Origin: Naegleria gruberi
Taxonomy: Eukaryota
Reading direction: 5' to 3' (one strand)
Length of the DNA stretch: 64,000 nt
NCBI GenBank assembly: GCA_000004985.1
Contig: GG738856.1
Positions within the stretch are counted from its first letter, which is position 1; every line of letters starts with the position of its first letter. The translations under genes were made by a program, and so were the position numbers. Below are positions 58,612 through 64,000 of this stretch, piece after piece. Below the pieces are notes generated by a model that worked only from the letters and a program-made list of their open reading frames with translations, was not told the origin of the DNA and searched no databases.

Positions 58612-60390
58612 ATGAAAAAGGGTAAAATTGATATTGTAGAACAAATGTTAAAAGAGAATATAAATTTTCTAATGATACGAGATGTAGATGGAAGTACAGC
58701 ATTAATTAAAGCAGCATCTAAAAATTTAGTAAATTTTGTAGATTTATTTTGTAAATATAGTAGAGATAACAAACTTGGATTTAGTTGTTTAGATTTAACT
58801 AATAAGGATAGATATACAGCAATTAATATAGCAGTTAAAAAACAAAATATTCAAGTTGTAAAATTATTATTATCATATAATGCAGATATAACAAATACAC
58901 CAAATAAGGATGGTAATTTACCTATACATAGTGCGAGTAGACGTGGATTTACAGATGTTATTTCAATTTTAGTAAATTATGATATAAAACAATTAAATAT
59001 AATGAATCCATTAAATAATAGAACACCTATATTTATGGCAGCACAACATGGTCATTTAAAAACTGTTGAATGGTTTTTAGATCAAGATGGAATTGATTTA
59101 TCTATAAAAAGTTGTGATTACAAAAGACCAATACATTCAGCTGCATCACATGATAATTTAGATGTTTTAAAATTATTATTAGAAAAAGGACGAGAAAATA
59201 TTAATGTTATTACAACAAATGAAACTGATAAGGATAAAAGATATACTCCAATGCATTATTGTTGTAAAAAAGGTGCTTTAAAAACTGCTAAATATTTATT
59301 AGAAAGAGGTTCTCTATTAGGAATATTCATTTTAAATGCTCAACATGGTTATTTTGGTAAAAAAACACCTCTCTATTTAGCTGTTCATGGTAAAAAGGAT
59401 GAAATTGTTGAATTATTTTTAACTTATTATAAAATTATTAATGAAATGATTAATGAAATTGAAAAATCAGAAGAATTAATTAATATTAATATCAATACTA
59501 GTAATATCAATACTAGTAATAATAATACTAGTAATAATATCAATAATAATGATAGTAATAATAATAATAATGAATCTAAAAATTCAAATGAAAATGAATC
59601 AAGAATATTTAAAAAAATTGAAAAGTATAACAAATTTTCATTAGATTTAAGTTTAATTTATAAAACGTTAAATGAATATTTAAAAAAAGAAGATATTCAA
59701 GCAATAATATCAGATCCATCAAGTGAAAATTCAGGAGATTCAGATAATGATAATGCTGATGATTTCCAAAGAAACGAGGAAAAGAAATTATCAAGTGATT
59801 ATAAAAGAGTTACAAGATCAATTAAAAATGTTATACAAATTGCAACTTCAGAAGAGAATCAAGAATTAGTACATTTATCATTTTCAATTGTTCATTTTGA
59901 TATTGTAAAAGTGTATTTAGAATATTTCCCAGAATTATTGAATTGTAAATCAACTTCAAATGGAAATACATTAATTAATAAGGCAGCACATATTGGACAT
60001 TTAGAAATAATGAAATATTTAGTTTCAAAAGGAAGTAATATTTCAATACCAAATGATGTTGGTAATAGACCTATTCATAGAGCTGCGTATTGTGGACATT
60101 CTGAAATTGTTAAATTTCTCGTTGAGGATTGTGGAGAAAAGGTTGATGTATTTCAACATTCAACTCCAAAAACTAAACGGTTAGAAACATCTCTACATTT
60201 AGCTGCTAGAAAAGGTTGGATTGAATGTGTTAAAATTTTACTTTTAAATGGTTCTGATATTACACTTGCTACTAAGAGTGATAATCCAAATGGAAGAAGA
60301 GATGCACTTCAATTATCTAAGAGATATAATCAATTCCTTGTTTTTGATTTTCTTGAAAAGGTTTTCCAGAGAGTTACTCGATCTTATTAA
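58612..60390 (+). CDS. ankyrin-repeat protein (at least 10 ANK repeats) with Asn-rich insert
   Basis: Repeats such as NRPIHRAAYCGHSEIVKFLV and TSLHLAARKGWIECVKILLLNGSDI. Confidence 0.7.
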   Translation: MKKGKIDIVEQMLKENINFLMIRDVDGSTALIKAASKNLVNFVDLFCKYSRDNKLGFSCLDLTNKDRYTAINIAVKKQNIQVVKLLLSYNADITNTPNKDGNLPIHSASRRGFTDVISILVNYDIKQLNIMNPLNNRTPIFMAAQHGHLKTVEWFLDQDGIDLSIKSCDYKRPIHSAASHDNLDVLKLLLEKGRENINVITTNETDKDKRYTPMHYCCKKGALKTAKYLLERGSLLGIFILNAQHGYFGKKTPLYLAVHGKKDEIVELFLTYYKIINEMINEIEKSEELINININTSNINTSNNNTSNNINNNDSNNNNNESKNSNENESRIFKKIEKYNKFSLDLSLIYKTLNEYLKKEDIQAIISDPSSENSGDSDNDNADDFQRNEEKKLSSDYKRVTRSIKNVIQIATSEENQELVHLSFSIVHFDIVKVYLEYFPELLNCKSTSNGNTLINKAAHIGHLEIMKYLVSKGSNISIPNDVGNRPIHRAAYCGHSEIVKFLVEDCGEKVDVFQHSTPKTKRLETSLHLAARKGWIECVKILLLNGSDITLATKSDNPNGRRDALQLSKRYNQFLVFDFLEKVFQRVTRSY

Positions 60391-60634
60391 TATTGTCATC
60401 TTTCATTAATATTTGTTGAGATAATATTAGTGATATATTAGTGAATGATATATTGAATGATATTATTTTTAAAACTAAATTAACGTAATATTTTAACTGA
60501 AATCAAATGAAATAATACAAATAATAATACTATTTGTAATGGTATTATTAAAAAATTCAATAATTTGATTAATGATGTAAAAAAAGAAATGATATATTAT
60601 TAATAATAACCATTATAATTGTACAAATAAAATT

Positions 60635-61129
60635 TTAATTCTTAATCTTGTTCATTGCTTGATATTTTTGAATATCAAACCAAACCTTAAATAAATCACG
60701 TGTACCTAAAGCAAAAACAGAATTTGCTCTCAAATATAAATATGGTGATCCACTCAATTGAACAAGACATGGATAGAATGTATTTTCAAATATTGGTTTA
60801 CAAGGATCATTTTCAGGTGATTCTGACATGGCTTCCGATGGTGATTTTCCGTCTTTCTTTTCATTTAAACATTCTTTATATTTTCCTAATTGTGGTCCAC
60901 AAGGAGTATGTGGGGCATGAAGAAAACAATAAGAACACAAATACTTGTCTTCTTTCTGTATTAAATCTTCAGCAGTAACTAAAGGATATATTCTTCCGTT
61001 AACATCAAATTTATTCTTTAACACTTCTGGTCTAAATTGTGCAAGTGTCTTCAAGGCTTGTTGTCTTCTTTCCTCTTCCAATTTCCTTTCTTCCTCAGCA
61101 GCTGATAATGATTTGTTTGATATTGGCAT
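60635..61129 (-). CDS. hypothetical small Cys-containing protein (164 aa)
   Basis: ORF with coiled-coil-like N-terminus and a CSYCFLHAPHTPC...C...C segment. No family recognised. Confidence 0.35.
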   Translation of the reverse strand: MPISNKSLSAAEEERKLEEERRQQALKTLAQFRPEVLKNKFDVNGRIYPLVTAEDLIQKEDKYLCSYCFLHAPHTPCGPQLGKYKECLNEKKDGKSPSEAMSESPENDPCKPIFENTFYPCLVQLSGSPYLYLRANSVFALGTRDLFKVWFDIQKYQAMNKIKN

Positions 61130-61269
61130 TTTTTTAAATGTTATTTATTTATAAAAAAGCAATCAATTTCTATTGAATAGAAAACAAAGCCTTTTTTTTC
61201 ATCGTCTGTCTGTTACTATTGGATGATCATTATTTTGAGGAGCAGTAGTAGAAGATAATAATAATAACA

Positions 61270-64000
61270 ATGGATTTTGAATCATCACAACATTTAAATA
61301 TTCATTCTTCGGAAGAGGATTTATCATTGATCAGTGAATCAAGTGGTAATAATAATAATAATAACAATATCAGCAGCAACAGTAGTAGTAGTAGTGGTAC
61401 TATTAGTAATATTAGTAGTACATCAGATATTATTGGAAGTATTACTTCATCAAAAACAACTGATAACGAGGTTTTTGAAATTAGAGATTTCTCAACACTT
61501 TCATCATGGGAAAAGTATGTTATGATCAATTATCATCATCAATAATTTAATAATCATCATATTTAAATAATAATATTATAGATTAATAGATAAATTTGAA
61601 CAATTAATATTAGCATGGTTTAATAGATTTTCCAATTTTCAATTTACACCCACTGAAACATTCTTCTATAAGAGTCATATCATTCAATTTAATGGAACTA
61701 AATATTTATTTTCATATTATAATTTTAATCAATCATCTTTATCAGAAGAAGAACATGATCATCAAATAGAAAAGGATTTTCTTCATAGATCTCATCATTT
61801 AACTAGATGGTTTGGAGTTAAAGAATTTTTCATCATTTCTTTATATAACAATAATAATAATAACAAGCCTTCATCTTTATCACCATTTCATTCTTATCAT
61901 CATTCTAATAATAATAATAATTCATCCAATAATAATTCTAATAATTCATCTCATAATAATTCAAATAACATTTCAATTCAATCATCAACAAGTTTATCAT
62001 CTGCATTATCAGTTTCATTATCAAATTTAAATAAGAATGAAATATCATATTTTATATTATTAAATAATGAATGTTTAAATTATAATGGAAGATTAAATTC
62101 TAAAAATAATCAAGTTACTAAATATAAAAGTGAATCTTTATATGAAAAACAATTAAATTCTTCATATATAACATCATCTTTAATGAAATTAAGTGGAATG
62201 ATTGATTTATTTTGTATAAATTTAGGTAAACATATTAGAATTACAAATGAATTAACTATTAAATCTAGATATACATTTATATTACCATATTTAAATAGTA
62301 AAGAATGGTTAAAAATTAAAGATGATTTTAATTTTACAAAAAGTGAAAGAAATTTATTATTTACAATTGGTACAAAACAAGATCCAATTAAAAATTTTCA
62401 CTTTTCATGTATTTTTAATTCTATAAATATTAATGAACCAAATATAGATAATTTAAATATTAAAAATGCACATTTATGGGAATTAAAATTTAATCAATTA
62501 AAATTAAATGAATTTGAATTATCATCAAAATTAAAATTATTTATAAATAATATTATTTTAAATAATGAAAATGATAATACTTCCAATAATGGAAATAATT
62601 TATATATAAATGAAATAATTTATGATATATTTGAAACATTATCAGATGAAACATTTCAAATTAAATCAAAGTTATTAAATGAAAAACAAGAAATTAAATC
62701 ATGTCAACCTAATAGTTTATTAAGAAGATTTTGTGATCACATTTTAAGAATTAAATCAAAACAAGATTTAAAATTATTATGGAAATTATTTATTAAAGTT
62801 TTATTTAAATATTGGGAAGAATCAAATATAAATGATTTAATTAATGAATTTCCATTAAATATTTCATTCATTCCTTTTACAAATCAAAATGTTAATTGGT
62901 CAACTTGTTTAATTGAACAAAAAATTGACATGTTAAATATTTGTTGTTTAAAACAAATTGAAATTTTAAAAAATAATTTTAATTTAAATAATAATAATAA
63001 TAATAATAATAATACAAATAATACAAATGATAAGAATACTGAAAATAATAATATTAATATTAATAATAATACTGATAATAATAATGATAATATAAATGAA
63101 AAAGAATTTAATAATAAAAAAGATGAACAAGTTGAAGAAGAAGAAGAATGGAAAGATTCAGGCTTTGAAATATTATCAGATCATGAAAGTGTAGATTTAG
63201 ATGAAGAATATTTTGAAATTGAAAATGATGAAAATTTAGAATTAAAAGAAAATATAATTAAAATTATTGAAATTTCACCTGGTAAGGAAATTAAAATTCC
63301 AAAAACACAAAATCCACCACAAAATACAGAAGATGTTATTGAGGAGGAACGTGAAATTTTATCAAATATGATTTCATCAGATCAGAGAATTAGATTTCAA
63401 TGTGAAGGTTTAATTTCTGATATGCAAGCTTTTAAAGTATGTTATTTAATATTTTACAATAATATATTTAATAATACTTTACAATACTTTACAATAATAT
63501 ATTTAATAATATATTTAATAATAGTTTGTTAATCCTGGATGTGAATTTTCTGATTTTTTATTATGGTATTCACCTAAAGATGTTAAAGATGAAAATTTAA
63601 GTTCAAGAATGAAAATGAATGAAAATATTTGGAAGAAATTTTGGGAAGAATCAAAGCCTTTACCAATTTCAAAACAAAAACAAATTTTTGATCACAAATT
63701 ACAAGCAGAAAAAATTATACATCAAATTGAAACTATGGATTTTGATATTATTTTACAACAGTATGTAATAATATATTAATAATTTACAATAATATTATTT
63801 AATATTATATAATATTTAAAATATAGATTAATGATATGTACATTAACAGGACATTATTACATGTTAAAAGAATGGTGGATTGATTTAATTATGGATAGTA
63901 CAGATATATTTAGTAATGAATTTAAACAAGTTGATAAAAAATTAGATTTAAATTTACCTTTAATTAGAATTGTAGAAAGTAAATTTTTAAAAACAAAAGA
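61270..64000 (+). CDS. RAB3GAP1: Rab3 GTPase-activating protein catalytic subunit (RAB3GAP1) homologue, partial (3' end beyond window), exons join(61270..61514,61582..63436,63525..63760,63827..>64000)
   Basis: NEVFEIRDFSTLSSWEK|LIDKFEQLILAW matches SEVFEITDFTTASEWERFISKVEEVLNDW. Also HHLTRWFGVKEFFIIS, LNICCLKQIE and RIRFQCEGLISDMQAFK|FVNPGCEFSDFLLWYSPKDV match conserved Rab3GAP catalytic-subunit blocks. GTATGT donors, ATAG acceptors, consistent phases. Confidence 0.8.

Noticed and set aside
61302-61529. Poly-Leu ORFs on both strands over the RAB3GAP1 first exon
   Set aside because: Frame artefacts of the (AAT)n/(AGT)n coding microsatellite.
1-64000. CRISPR arrays, operons, rRNA
   Set aside because: None seen. 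Spliceosomal introns and gene content show the window is eukaryotic.

Overview
This window is eukaryotic nuclear DNA: AT-rich, gene-dense, with genes on both strands. Many genes are interrupted by very short spliceosomal introns of 41-56 nt with GTAAGT/GTATGT...AG boundaries. A few longer 5'-proximal introns of 143-180 nt also occur. Coding regions are full of Asn, Ser and Lys low-complexity runs. The window holds no rRNA, no convincing tRNA and no CRISPR or other prokaryotic feature. I reconstructed about 35 protein-coding genes by hand, joining the ORF-track pieces through phase-consistent splice sites. Recognisable housekeeping genes are lysyl-tRNA synthetase, ribosomal protein eS24, UDP-glucuronate decarboxylase, ORC2, VPS16, VAC14, a kinesin-14, a P5B-type ATPase, acetyl-CoA hydrolase ACH1, an ACSF2-like acyl-CoA synthetase, a 60-kDa-lysophospholipase-type asparaginase with C-terminal ankyrin repeats, RAB3GAP1, an ADAT3-like deaminase and a four-bromodomain protein. 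A Zn2Cys6 transcription factor runs off the 5' edge. The accessory content is four large ankyrin-repeat genes, two F-box genes (one fused to a multi-pass membrane domain), a 7TM receptor-like gene and a Lys/Cys/Tyr-rich repetitive secreted protein. A 5'-truncated non-LTR (LINE-type) retrotransposon copy is flanked by a 17-bp target-site duplication and sits in the 5' leader of the deaminase gene. The most unusual locus is at 20286..21777 (-). It is a five-exon gene whose product is an N-myristoylatable, motif-eroded heterotrimeric G-protein alpha-subunit domain. Its C-terminal G5/alpha5 region is replaced by a canonical F-box. I did not recognise this Galpha-F-box architecture as a described family. 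I also flag E2F-like GCGC motif clusters immediately upstream of the kinesin-14 and ORC2 genes, and perfect palindromes upstream of the eS24 gene. The organism cannot be assigned from sequence alone. A fungal-type Zn2Cys6 factor, ultrashort introns and AT-richness fit an AT-rich protist or early-diverging fungus. All coordinates of splice junctions are hand-derived and should be treated as approximate to within a few nt.
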